From positions 1 through 28,545 of the IMG/VR virus record IMGVR_UViG_3300042997_000592: a stretch of 28,545 bases of DNA; one strand, given 5' to 3'. Under the pieces are notes generated by a model. The model had not been told where the DNA came from. It searched no databases and was given only the letters and a program-made list of their open reading frames with translations. Positions 9,621 through 19,441 of this stretch are shown here, piece by piece; within the stretch, counting starts at the first letter, position 1, and every line of letters starts with the position of its first letter. A program made the position numbers and the translations under genes. This DNA is from a virus (lineage: Duplodnaviria > Caudoviricetes).

Positions 9621-11048
9621 ATGGCAAACGCAAACTTTGTAGTACAAAACGGTCTAACAGTGGGACCATTAACTATTGATGCAGCTACTGGTAGCATCAA
9701 TACATCTGGTGATATAAACATTACTGGTAATCTGGGAGTTAGCCAGATTGCAAAAAACGACAGCAGTGTTAGTATAAACGATACTGGCACAGGCAGTACG
9801 GTTGTTATTAAAATTGACGGAGCCACAGAACAGACTGTTGACGCCAATGGTGTAAATCTGGCCACTGGCGGATATTATTCCATCAACGGTTCTAGTGTAT
9901 TAAATGCCACAACACTGGGATCTGCGGTAGTTAACAGTAGCCTAACCAGTGTTGGTACTATTACTAGTTTAGCCGCAACCACGGCAGTAGCTACTAATTT
10001 AAGTACTGGTAATGCTGTGATAACTGGTGGTAGTTTAAATAACACCACTGTGGGTGCCACAACACACAACACTGGTAGATTCACTACTGTCACTGCTACA
10101 ACAGTTAACGCTGGTACTATTGGCAACTCAGGCGCCACACTAACCGGTACACTGAGTACAGCCACACAAAACAGTGTCACCACAATGACTGGTTTGACTG
10201 GTTTTGGTACAAGTGGCGTAACAACCACAGCCGCTGGTGATTTAACTGTTTCTGGTAACTTAAACATAAACGGTACAACAACTAACATCAACACAACTAA
10301 TTTGGTTGTAGAAGATAAAAACATTATTCTTGCTGACGTCACATCACCTACTGATGTGACTGCTGATGGTGCTGGTATTACTATTAAAGGTGCAACCGAC
10401 AAAACATTTAATTGGGTTGATGCCACAGATGCCTGGACCAGCAGTGAAGACTTAAATCTTCTGACTGGTAAGCAATATGAAATAAACGGCACATCAGTGC
10501 TGACTGCTACCACACTGGGGTCAGGGGTTACAGCATCTAGTTTAACATCGGTTGGTACACTGACTGGATTGACGGTTTCTGGGGCTATTGTGCCCAATGC
10601 TAACTTAACCATTAACATCGGATCAGTATCATCTTGGTTTAATACATTTTTTGGTGTATCTACACAAGCCAAATACGCCGACTTGGCAGAAAACTATCAG
10701 GCTGACAAGGCATACAGTCCTGGTACCGTACTGATGTTTGGTGGTACTTATGAAGTCACACTGGCTGATGTGGGTACTACTGCGGTAGCTGGTGTAGTTT
10801 CTACTAATCCAGCACACCTAATGAACGGTCAGTTATCAGGTTCAAATGTGGTTCCACTGGCACTGACAGGGCGTGTTCCTTGTATGATCATTGGGCCGGT
10901 TAAGAAGGGTGACATGATGGTCTCAGCTGGTTTTGGTTATGCTAGAACTGGTCCTAACCCCAGCGTGGGTCAAGTGATTGGCAAAGCACTAGAAGATTAC
11001 CCAATGGCTAGCAAAGGTGTTATTGAGGTAGTTGTAGGACGAGTATAA
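9621..11048 (+). CDS. Tail fibre protein with C-terminal peptidase-G2-like intramolecular chaperone (475 aa)
   Basis: SD AAGGA. N-terminal NFVVQNGLTVG; SSLTSVGT fibre repeats; LVVEDKNIIL..DGAGITI domain; C-terminus YADLAENY...GVVSTNPA..MN...LTGRVPC...KGD.MVS...VIGKALE resembles autocleaving chaperones of the phi29 gp12/Peptidase_G2 type. Confidence 0.75.
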   Translation: MANANFVVQNGLTVGPLTIDAATGSINTSGDINITGNLGVSQIAKNDSSVSINDTGTGSTVVIKIDGATEQTVDANGVNLATGGYYSINGSSVLNATTLGSAVVNSSLTSVGTITSLAATTAVATNLSTGNAVITGGSLNNTTVGATTHNTGRFTTVTATTVNAGTIGNSGATLTGTLSTATQNSVTTMTGLTGFGTSGVTTTAAGDLTVSGNLNINGTTTNINTTNLVVEDKNIILADVTSPTDVTADGAGITIKGATDKTFNWVDATDAWTSSEDLNLLTGKQYEINGTSVLTATTLGSGVTASSLTSVGTLTGLTVSGAIVPNANLTINIGSVSSWFNTFFGVSTQAKYADLAENYQADKAYSPGTVLMFGGTYEVTLADVGTTAVAGVVSTNPAHLMNGQLSGSNVVPLALTGRVPCMIIGPVKKGDMMVSAGFGYARTGPNPSVGQVIGKALEDYPMASKGVIEVVVGRV

Positions 11049-11072
11049 ATCCACTGCGGTTTCAGTGTATCA

Positions 11073-11096
11073 GAAAGGGTGTTAAGGCACCCTTTC
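11073..11096 (+). terminator. Probable intrinsic terminator hairpin
   Basis: GAAAGGGTGT-taag-GCACCCTTTC, 10-bp stem with one G-U pair, 24 nt after the stop; only a weak U-tail. Confidence 0.5.
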
Positions 11097-11113
11097 GCCA
11101 TCTTTCTGATTTA

Positions 11114-11121
11114 GATAAATA
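11114..11121 (+). promoter_or_regulatory. T4-type late promoter (GATAAATA)
   Basis: TAAATA core 21 nt upstream of ATG 11143, just after the hairpin. Confidence 0.65.
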
Positions 11122-11142
11122 CCAGATAACACGGAATTTACG

Positions 11143-14100
11143 ATGGCATTAACCAGACCAAAGTTTTATCAAGTTGATACCACTATCACAGCGTTCAATG
11201 ATCCAATCACTGTTCTGCGTAGTGGCGCCACTCAGGCCAACGTGGATGTTGGATTTTTATTTAATCGTGCCAATGGACTAGTCAGTAACGTGGCCCTGGT
11301 CTGGAGCGAAGCAACTCAATCGTTTATAACAGCCTATACCGATGGTACAGGCGCAACCAACTCCAATATTTCAGTTTCAAGCTACGCCAACATTAAAACT
11401 GGCAACATCACAGCCAATGGCTTCTTCTGGGCCAATGGAGCAGTATTCAGCAGTGGATCGACATTCACTGGCGGTTATGTACCAAACACCATTATTGCAG
11501 CAGCCAATCTAGTAGCCAATAGTGGTGTGGTCAGCACCAGCTCAACAACTGGCGCCCTGGTGGTGGCAGGTGGTTCAGGTATCGCTGGTGCTTTATATGT
11601 CGGTGGCACCGGTAATTTTGCTGGAAATCTAACAACAGGGCATATACTACCAAGTGCAAACATAACATATGACATAGGTAGCCCAACACTGAGATTTAGA
11701 ACATTATATATTAGTGGCAACACAATTGATATGGGTGGCGCATCAATCACAACAGATTCCACGTCGGGTGGATTTGCTTTTGTGCCAAAACCAACTCCAG
11801 ATAATCCAAACCCAATTGGTACGGTTTTTGGCCCAACAGGTTCTATTACCACTGTAAACACAACTGGTGGTGTACTTGGTTCTGGGGCTATTAATACATC
11901 AATTAACACTAATCAAGGTATAGCTAATTTTGGTAGAGTGATAATTAAGTCAGATATAGCAGGTATAAGTACAACGACTGGTGCCCTGGTGGTAAGTGGT
12001 GGAGTTGGTATTGCAGGCGCACTTTATATAGCCAATACTGGAGATGTATCAGCTAACATTGGCTCCTTATTGGCCTATGCTGGGGGGCAGGCTGCAGGTA
12101 TTAATAGCATCAATGCCAACTTAGGTACTGCTACTACTAATATTACCACATTGTTTAGCAATGCTGCTGGACAATCCAATCAGATTACTGGTGCCAACAC
12201 AGCTATAGTTACAGCTAATAGTGCAGTAGTTAGCTTCATAGGAACCATCAATACCAATTTAAGTACTGCTATTACAGGTAATACCAATGCGGCCAATGCT
12301 GCTATAGTAACTGCTAATACCTCATTAAAAAGTTACGTTGATACACAAAACGGTGCTATAACTACTGCCTGGACTGCAAACGCAGCAAGCCAAGCCAATC
12401 AGATTACTGGTGCCAATGCTGCTATAGTAACAGCCAACAGTGCTGTGGTCAGTTTCATAGGTACTATTAATAACAATTTAAGTACCGCAATTACGGCAAA
12501 TACCAATGCTGCTAACACAGCTATTGTAACAGCCAACAGTGCTGTAGTCAGTTTTGTTGGTACTATCAATAATAATCTAAGTACAGCAATCATTGCAAAT
12601 ATCAATGCCGCCAATGCTGTCATAGTAACTGCTAATACTTCACTAAAAAGCTACGTTGACACACAGGATAACGCAATAACTACAGCGTGGACTGCCAACG
12701 CAGCCACACAAGCTGCTAGTATTAGAGCTCTAGATGCCAACCTGGGCACAGCTACTACCAATATTACCACTCTGTTCAGTAATGCTGCTACACAAGCAAC
12801 ATCAATTAATACAATTAATGCTAATCTGGGTACTGCTACTACTAGTATTACTACTTTGTTTAGTAATGCCGGTTCACAGCAAACACAGATCAACAGTCTG
12901 GCCACTGGTGCTAACGCCAACGTGGCAGCATACTTGCCCACATATTCCGGCAGCTTAAATTCACTATCCACACTGACAACTAGTGGTAATGCCACAGTGG
13001 GTGGGACATTAAATGTTACAGGTAACCTGAATGTTTCAGGAACAACAACCACATTCAGCAGTAACAATGTATCAATCGCCGATGCTCTGTTATATCTGGC
13101 TGATGGTAATACAGGCGACGTGCTGGATATTGGTCTGGTAAGTGCATTTACTAACCCTGGGTATCAGCACACCGGTCTGGTGCGTGATGCCAGTGATGGC
13201 GTTTGGAAGCTATTTGCCAACGTAGTGGCAGAACCAACAACTACTGTTAATTTTACATTTGCTAACTATAGCCCATTGCGTATAGGTGCGCTGACAGCTA
13301 CTTCTGGTACATACAGTGGTGCCATTATAGCATCAACAGTCAGTGCTGGTACTATTGGTAACTCAGGTGCGACATTAACAGGAACATTAAGTTCTGGCGC
13401 ACAAAATAACATTACATCAGCAACCGGAATCACTGCATTAGGCACGATTACCAGTCTAGCAGCCACCACATTAGCTGCAACGAATTTCAGTTCGGGTAAC
13501 GTGAATTTTACCAATGCCACAAGCGGTACAGTAAGTACAGCCAATGTCAGCCTATATGAAAGTGTAACAGCCACCACAACCAACGCCACACATTATCCAG
13601 TACTATCAGGTATTACTACGGGCAATACTGCTGGCTTTACTGCTAGTGGGTTGACTTTTAATCCCAGTACCAACGTATTGGCAGCGACCACTGTTAGTGC
13701 AACTACGCTAACTGGTACACTATCTACCGCAGCACAAACTAATATTACCAGTGTCGGTACGTTAACTGGATTAACAGTTAATGCTCAGTTTTCTGGTAAC
13801 ACCGCTCACGCAGACAGCGATCCTGGTAATTACGACGGTGGACAAATAATAGCATTTGCTAACCAAAATAATATAACCGGAGTGTCCTTTAGTCCAACAG
13901 ACCGACGAATATTAACAATGGGCATTGGTCCTGTACGTCGTCCATTTTTGCGAACTGGGTCGGGTGTGCCATTTGAATTGCAGACAGGAAACGTAATAAT
14001 TGCCAGTACTACCACTAGTGCCAGCACAACCACTGGTGCACTGGTAGTTGCTGGTGGTGTAGGCATAGCAGGTCGAGTGACTGCTGGTAACATTGTAACC

Positions 14101-15672
14101 ACAAACGGAGTATACTGGGCCAACGGTGCAGCATACAGTTCGGGTGGAGGTGGTGGTATAACATACACAACATCAAATACTGCACCATCGAGTCCCAGTG
14201 CCGGTAACTTTTGGTATGAACCAGCCACTGACATCAAATACCAATACATCAATGACGGCACAAGTTCTTACTGGGTGGACCAGAGTTACCCCACTAGTTT
14301 CGGAAACTTAACTGTTGCCAACACATTAACGGTTAATGGCAGCATCGTTGGCACAGCAACCAACGCCAACTATTCACTGGCGGCCAACGTAGCTATATAT
14401 GAAAGCGTAACAGCCACTACAACTAACGCTACGTTTTATCCCATGTTGTCTGGCATCACCACTGGCAACACTGCATCATTTACATCCAGCAGTTTGGTGT
14501 ACAATCCCAGTACCGGTAACTTGGTAGTGGCCAGCACAACAGCAAGTACATCCACAACCACTGGTGCATTGGTGGTTAGTGGTGGGGTGGGGATTTCTGG
14601 AAATATTGTTACAGCAGGAACAGCCAACAAATTTACTGGATGCGTTGCCATTGGGTCATCGAATCCGACTCACAAATTGCAAATTTCTGCAGACGGATAC
14701 AATACTAGAATTTCTGACAGCACCAATGTAACTGGTTATAATATTGGCAGAAACACTACTGACGGATTGTTATATTTTTATGGCGATCAAGCCACTTATA
14801 ATGGATATGTATTTTCTGGAGCAGACGGAGAACGAGTTAAAATATCTTCAACTGGTAATTTAGTCATCAATGCCACTACAACATCAACAACCACAACCAC
14901 TGGTGCCCTGGTGGTCAAGGGCGGTGCAGGTGTTGCTGGAACGATGACTGTCGGTGGAACTATTACTGGAAAAACCAATACCGGTGGTGTTGCGGCGGTA
15001 TCTAACGACGCTGGTACCATGTCTATACGAGGCGATAATACAAATGCCGCAGTAATATCATTTCATCGCCCAAGTGTATACGCCATTAATATGGGGTTAG
15101 ATACCGACAACGTATTCAAGATTGGCGGGTGGTCAGCAACAGCCAACTGTTTCCAACTAACTGGCGCAGGCGCATTGACACTAACTGGCGGCATAACTAC
15201 CACAGGAAACATAGTACCCAGTGCCAACCTAACATACAACCTGGGATCAACTACTGCCTGGTGGAACAACGTATATGGTGTTTCAGTTCAGGCAAAATAC
15301 GCCGACTTGGCCGAGCACTATACTGCTGATGATCTATATGGTCCTGGCACAGTAGTGGTATTTGGGGGCGCCAAAGAAATCACAGTGAGCAATATCAGTC
15401 ACGATCCCCGAGTGGCTGGCGTTATATCCACCAATCCAGCATATCTGATGAACGCAGCCAATGCTGGATTACCAGTGGCATTGACTGGGCGTGTGCCCTG
15501 TCAGGTGCAGGGACCAGTAGCCAAAGGTGATCGTCTGGTAAATATTGATACTGGCATAGCAGGCCGCCTGGATCCAGCACTACACGAATACGGTTGTATC
15601 GTTGGCAAGAGCCTGGGTGAAATCGCAGATGATAGTATTCAAACAATTGAAATAGTAGTAGGAAGATTCTAA
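11143..15672 (+). CDS. Long tail fibre protein with central coiled coil and C-terminal peptidase-G2-like chaperone (1509 aa)
   Basis: Five STTTGALVV.GG.GIAG repeats, two (F/Y)WANGA motifs, Ala/Asn-rich helical repeats at about 12050-12930, two ANV.(L/I)YESVTATTTNAT modules shared with the giant fibre, and a C-terminal YADLAE...TGRVPC...IVGKSL chaperone domain. Confidence 0.8.
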   Translation: MALTRPKFYQVDTTITAFNDPITVLRSGATQANVDVGFLFNRANGLVSNVALVWSEATQSFITAYTDGTGATNSNISVSSYANIKTGNITANGFFWANGAVFSSGSTFTGGYVPNTIIAAANLVANSGVVSTSSTTGALVVAGGSGIAGALYVGGTGNFAGNLTTGHILPSANITYDIGSPTLRFRTLYISGNTIDMGGASITTDSTSGGFAFVPKPTPDNPNPIGTVFGPTGSITTVNTTGGVLGSGAINTSINTNQGIANFGRVIIKSDIAGISTTTGALVVSGGVGIAGALYIANTGDVSANIGSLLAYAGGQAAGINSINANLGTATTNITTLFSNAAGQSNQITGANTAIVTANSAVVSFIGTINTNLSTAITGNTNAANAAIVTANTSLKSYVDTQNGAITTAWTANAASQANQITGANAAIVTANSAVVSFIGTINNNLSTAITANTNAANTAIVTANSAVVSFVGTINNNLSTAIIANINAANAVIVTANTSLKSYVDTQDNAITTAWTANAATQAASIRALDANLGTATTNITTLFSNAATQATSINTINANLGTATTSITTLFSNAGSQQTQINSLATGANANVAAYLPTYSGSLNSLSTLTTSGNATVGGTLNVTGNLNVSGTTTTFSSNNVSIADALLYLADGNTGDVLDIGLVSAFTNPGYQHTGLVRDASDGVWKLFANVVAEPTTTVNFTFANYSPLRIGALTATSGTYSGAIIASTVSAGTIGNSGATLTGTLSSGAQNNITSATGITALGTITSLAATTLAATNFSSGNVNFTNATSGTVSTANVSLYESVTATTTNATHYPVLSGITTGNTAGFTASGLTFNPSTNVLAATTVSATTLTGTLSTAAQTNITSVGTLTGLTVNAQFSGNTAHADSDPGNYDGGQIIAFANQNNITGVSFSPTDRRILTMGIGPVRRPFLRTGSGVPFELQTGNVIIASTTTSASTTTGALVVAGGVGIAGRVTAGNIVTTNGVYWANGAAYSSGGGGGITYTTSNTAPSSPSAGNFWYEPATDIKYQYINDGTSSYWVDQSYPTSFGNLTVANTLTVNGSIVGTATNANYSLAANVAIYESVTATTTNATFYPMLSGITTGNTASFTSSSLVYNPSTGNLVVASTTASTSTTTGALVVSGGVGISGNIVTAGTANKFTGCVAIGSSNPTHKLQISADGYNTRISDSTNVTGYNIGRNTTDGLLYFYGDQATYNGYVFSGADGERVKISSTGNLVINATTTSTTTTTGALVVKGGAGVAGTMTVGGTITGKTNTGGVAAVSNDAGTMSIRGDNTNAAVISFHRPSVYAINMGLDTDNVFKIGGWSATANCFQLTGAGALTLTGGITTTGNIVPSANLTYNLGSTTAWWNNVYGVSVQAKYADLAEHYTADDLYGPGTVVVFGGAKEITVSNISHDPRVAGVISTNPAYLMNAANAGLPVALTGRVPCQVQGPVAKGDRLVNIDTGIAGRLDPALHEYGCIVGKSLGEIADDSIQTIEIVVGRF
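12115..12900 (+). repeat. Coiled-coil repeats (33-aa and 28-aa units)
   Basis: ANSAVVSF(I/V)GTIN.NLSTAI at about 12214, 12433 and 12532 (last two 99 nt apart); ANLGTATT.ITTLFSNA at about 12115, 12736 and 12820 (last two 84 nt apart); TSLKSYVDTQ..AITTAWTANAA twice. Confidence 0.8.
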
Positions 15673-17270
15673 TGCCATTGCCATCGAACCCATCAAATAA
15701 TCAAACAGCCGTAGTTAATGGTATATTGTATACCTATAACAGCACCAAAGGTGCCTGGTCGGTTACCACTAACAGTGAAGCCAGCTATAATATGTCGGCA
15801 ATTACTGCAAGTGGACTAGTCACAGCAGCCAACATTAAAACCACTGCTGGTGTATTCTGGGCCAACGGTGCGCCATATGGTGGTTCGGCTGGTGGATCCA
15901 CAAACAGTATTCAGTATAACTCATCCAATACATTTGCTGGCGCCACTAACTTTACCTATACTGCACAGACTGGTAACGTGGTCATCGGAGCTACAACTGC
16001 AACTTCCAGTACTACCACTGGTGCATTGGTAGTTGGTGGCGGAGCCGGTATTGCTGGCAACGTGACAGTTGGTGATGCAATCAACTTTACTGGGGCAGCA
16101 CCCGAAATAGTATTCACCGCAGCAAATCCCTGGATCAACGCCACCAGTTACATACACTTTCCTGGTGGTGCGTATTTTAACAGTGGCACAGTGTATACCG
16201 AAGCAGCGTTAAGGGCACGAGGCGGCATTATCAACGATACCGGTACAAAAATATTAACCATTGGCTCAGCATCACAACTATCAGTAGCCAACACCATGAC
16301 GTCTACTAGTTCGTCCACTGGTGCTTTAATTGTTGCTGGCGGTGTAGGTATTGCTGGAAATCTGAATACTGGGTCCACTAGTATAAATGGATCATTAGTT
16401 GGCAGCACTACATCACCACTGCAAATAACAGGTGATGTTACACTGTCTGGCGCCAACCGATCAGTTCTGGGCAATATGTATTATCAGGGCGGCTGGAAAT
16501 ATGCAGCCAATGGTGCAGCCTGGGGATTCCGAGAGAACAATGCTGGAAAATTACAATTTTTAGCCGCACCAGTCAACAGCTCTGGTGCACTGGCCGCGGC
16601 TAGCCCTACTTATCCAATTACATTGGATTTAACTTCTGGTAACGTGGCTATTGGATTTGATTCTCCAACAGCTTTATTTCACGTTAAGGACGGCACCAAT
16701 GCAACCTATGTTGAACCCACTGGTAACTGGGCGGGCAAAATATTTAACGCGACTGATGCGGCCAACGAACACGGCCTGGTAGTTGGTCAACGGTGGGCTG
16801 CCGCAGCAAGTACAGCATTTGAAGTTGGTAGTACATACGGTGGCGGAACTGGTTCTTGGAGATCTTATTTTAAGATTGACGGGCTAGGTGGTATGACCAT
16901 GTCTAGTGGTGGTTCAGAGAGAATCTTAATGGATTCTACTACCGGAAACCTAATAATCAACGCTACTACAGTTAGTACTAGTACCACAACTGGTGCGTTG
17001 GTAGTTAAAGGTGGTGCTGGCATAGCAGGTCAGGTTACAGCCGGTAACGTCATGACCACCAGTGGTGTGTTCTGGGCCAATGGTGCAGCATATAGTTCGG
17101 GATCCGGCGGCGGCGCCATAGCAACCACTGGTATATTCCTGAACAGCAACGTGATCACAGCCAACGCAACTATATCGTCGGGTCAGAATGGATTTAGTGT
17201 GGGACCAATGACACAATCCAATGGTGTTGTGGTGACCATAGCACCGGGACAACGATGGGTGATTGTGTAA
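15672..17270 (+). CDS. Tail fibre protein (532 aa) with C-terminal ...GPMT...VTIAPGQRWVIV domain
   Basis: TAATG overlap with the upstream gene. N-terminal LPSNPSNNQ...YTY..W module, 3 STTTGAL repeats, 2 FWANGA motifs, short terminal beta domain typical of phage fibre ends. Confidence 0.75.
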   Translation: MPLPSNPSNNQTAVVNGILYTYNSTKGAWSVTTNSEASYNMSAITASGLVTAANIKTTAGVFWANGAPYGGSAGGSTNSIQYNSSNTFAGATNFTYTAQTGNVVIGATTATSSTTTGALVVGGGAGIAGNVTVGDAINFTGAAPEIVFTAANPWINATSYIHFPGGAYFNSGTVYTEAALRARGGIINDTGTKILTIGSASQLSVANTMTSTSSSTGALIVAGGVGIAGNLNTGSTSINGSLVGSTTSPLQITGDVTLSGANRSVLGNMYYQGGWKYAANGAAWGFRENNAGKLQFLAAPVNSSGALAAASPTYPITLDLTSGNVAIGFDSPTALFHVKDGTNATYVEPTGNWAGKIFNATDAANEHGLVVGQRWAAAASTAFEVGSTYGGGTGSWRSYFKIDGLGGMTMSSGGSERILMDSTTGNLIINATTVSTSTTTGALVVKGGAGIAGQVTAGNVMTTSGVFWANGAAYSSGSGGGAIATTGIFLNSNVITANATISSGQNGFSVGPMTQSNGVVVTIAPGQRWVIV

Positions 17271-18335
17271 ATGTCCAGCATAGGCGCAGAAACTGGAATT
17301 GCAGGTCTGGTATACACCAGTGATCGTTTTGCCAATCTGGTGTTGCAGACTGGCGGAACTATTCCAGCCATGACCATCAGTAATACGCAGGTAATTACTT
17401 GTAATGGCACTGGTGGAATAAATTTCCCCAGTGGCAATACTGCACAGCGTCCTGCTAATCCAGTCAATGGAACTATTAGATACAATAATCAGACATCAGT
17501 AATTGAAGGGTATATTAATGGATCCTGGATAACTGTTGCAGCAGGTTATGTGCCCCCAGTGACTTATACTGTAAATTATCTAGTTGTAGCTGGTGGGGGT
17601 GGCGGAGCCTATACTGGATTTGCCATTGGATCAGGTGCTGGTGGTGGTGCTGGTGGCATGCTAACCGGAAACACTGTGGTTACTGTTGCAAGTACCACAC
17701 TAGCCGTAACTGTGGGTGCTGGTGGATCATCATATGCCAGTGGATCCAACAGCCAACTTGGATCAGTGGCAACTGCCATTGGTGGTGGGCGTGGAGGAAC
17801 TGGTACACACGGTGGTGGTGATCCTGGTGCGTCAGGCGGCTCTGGTGGCGGCGGTGGATATGGTGACTCTGGTGGCGGTGGTGGCGGTGCTGGCACAGCT
17901 GGACAGGGAAATAATGGCGGATCTGGTGGCGCTGGCCCACCATATGGTGCAGGAGGCGGGGGAGGTGCTGGTGGTGCTGGGGGATCTGGTCACGGCGGTG
18001 GCGGTGGTGCTGGATTAGCCAGCTCTATATCAGGAACCTCTCTTTTTTATGCCGGCGGCGGTGGAGGCGGTAACGAACAAGGTGGTGGTGGCGGTGGAGG
18101 ATCTGGCGTTGGCGGAGGCGGTGGCCAAAACGGAGGTGGTGGATCAGCTACAGCCAACCGCGGTGGCGGTGGCGGTGGCGCCGGGGGAATTAACGGTGGT
18201 GGTGGAGGCTCCGGTGGTTCGGGAGTGGTGATACTATCATATTCTGGAGAACAGCGTGGGACTGGGGGTACAGTTACTTCAGTTAACGGAAATACCATAC
18301 ATACATTTACAAGTTCAGGAACTTATACGGCATGA
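17271..18335 (+). CDS. Glycine-rich adhesin-like protein, paralog 1 (354 aa)
   Basis: N-terminal LVLQT module, TAQRP..GTIRYN module, polyglycine domain (YLVVAGGGG...TVGAGG...GQGN.GG...YAGGGGG...GGSGVVI), ends HTFTSSGTYTA. Confidence 0.75.
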   Translation: MSSIGAETGIAGLVYTSDRFANLVLQTGGTIPAMTISNTQVITCNGTGGINFPSGNTAQRPANPVNGTIRYNNQTSVIEGYINGSWITVAAGYVPPVTYTVNYLVVAGGGGGAYTGFAIGSGAGGGAGGMLTGNTVVTVASTTLAVTVGAGGSSYASGSNSQLGSVATAIGGGRGGTGTHGGGDPGASGGSGGGGGYGDSGGGGGGAGTAGQGNNGGSGGAGPPYGAGGGGGAGGAGGSGHGGGGGAGLASSISGTSLFYAGGGGGGNEQGGGGGGGSGVGGGGGQNGGGGSATANRGGGGGGAGGINGGGGGSGGSGVVILSYSGEQRGTGGTVTSVNGNTIHTFTSSGTYTA

Positions 18336-19411
18336 CAACTACAATTAACGCCAGTGCGCTGGGTATTATACAATCGGGCGATACGTCTGGAAACCTACAG
18401 TTACAGACAGCTAATGTGGCTGCGATTACTATTGACTATAATCAGAATATCACTTGTAACGGAACTGGTGGAATAGCAGTGCCTGTAGGAACAACTGCAC
18501 AGAGGCCAGCTACCGCAGGTAATGGCACTATGAGGTATAATACCACAACTAGTGCATTAGAAGCATACTTATTGGGCAGCTGGACCACGGTAAAAGTTGG
18601 AACTTATTCAGTTAATTATCTGGTTGTAGGCGGTGGTGGTGCCGGTGGTGCTGTGTCAGGCACCAATAATAACATTACCGGAGGTGGGGGTGGTGCTGGC
18701 GGTTTGATTGCCTCCACGTACTCAGTAACATCTAATGTAGCATATACCATAACGGTAGGAGCAGGCGGCGCCGGCGGAGCAACGCCTACTGCCAGTACAT
18801 CATCGGTATTTACTGGAGTGGCCACTGCACTAGGCGGGGGAGCAGGAGGCGGATGGAACGGCAGTGCCTACTATGCTGCAACTTCAGGAGGTTCGGGTGG
18901 TGGTGGTATTTATCAACAAACTACTGGAGGATCAGGTACTGCTGGGCAAGGTAATGCTGGTGGCAGCGGATATACACCAATATATTATCCATCAGGTGGT
19001 GGTGGCGGAGCAGGCGCAGTTGGCGCATCATATGTTAATAGCTCTACGTCGGGTGCTGGTGGTATAGGAGCCAACTCATCAATCACTGGATCATCAGTTA
19101 CATACGCAGGTGGCGGTGGTGGCGGTGGCAGCACCGCCGTTACCAATGGAGCGGGCGGATTAGGGGGTGGTGGGGCAGGTGGGGTAGGAGTAGCCAACGG
19201 AACCAATGGCACAGCCAATAGAGGCGGCGGTGGCGGCGGAGCTGGCGCTGACTATAACAGTCCGTATGCCAGCAGAATTGGTGGTAACGGTGGTTCAGGA
19301 ATTGTTGTTATTAGCTATCCGGGAAACCAGATTGGCACCGGAGGGGTAATAACGCAATCAGGCGGTTACACTATCCACACTTTCACCAGTTCAGGTACAT
19401 TTACAGCGTAA
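18332..19411 (+). CDS. Glycine-rich adhesin-like protein, paralog 2 (359 aa)
   Basis: ATGA overlap; same three-part architecture; ends HTFTSSGTFTA. Confidence 0.75.
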   Translation: MTTTINASALGIIQSGDTSGNLQLQTANVAAITIDYNQNITCNGTGGIAVPVGTTAQRPATAGNGTMRYNTTTSALEAYLLGSWTTVKVGTYSVNYLVVGGGGAGGAVSGTNNNITGGGGGAGGLIASTYSVTSNVAYTITVGAGGAGGATPTASTSSVFTGVATALGGGAGGGWNGSAYYAATSGGSGGGGIYQQTTGGSGTAGQGNAGGSGYTPIYYPSGGGGGAGAVGASYVNSSTSGAGGIGANSSITGSSVTYAGGGGGGGSTAVTNGAGGLGGGGAGGVGVANGTNGTANRGGGGGGAGADYNSPYASRIGGNGGSGIVVISYPGNQIGTGGVITQSGGYTIHTFTSSGTFTA

Positions 19412-19414
19412 ATA
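19409..19414 (+). promoter_or_regulatory. Late promoter core TAAATA overlapping stop codon
   Basis: gcgTAAATAtag; SD GGAG at 19428-19431 precedes ATG 19442. Confidence 0.55.
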
Positions 19415-19441
19415 TAGATATATTTTTGGAGATTTAATCAA

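Noticed and set aside
9549-9623. Readthrough fusion of the giant fibre to the next in-frame fibre gene, with a hairpin 7 nt after the stop
   Set aside because: A second in-frame TAA at 9615-9617 blocks fusion, and the downstream gene has its own SD.
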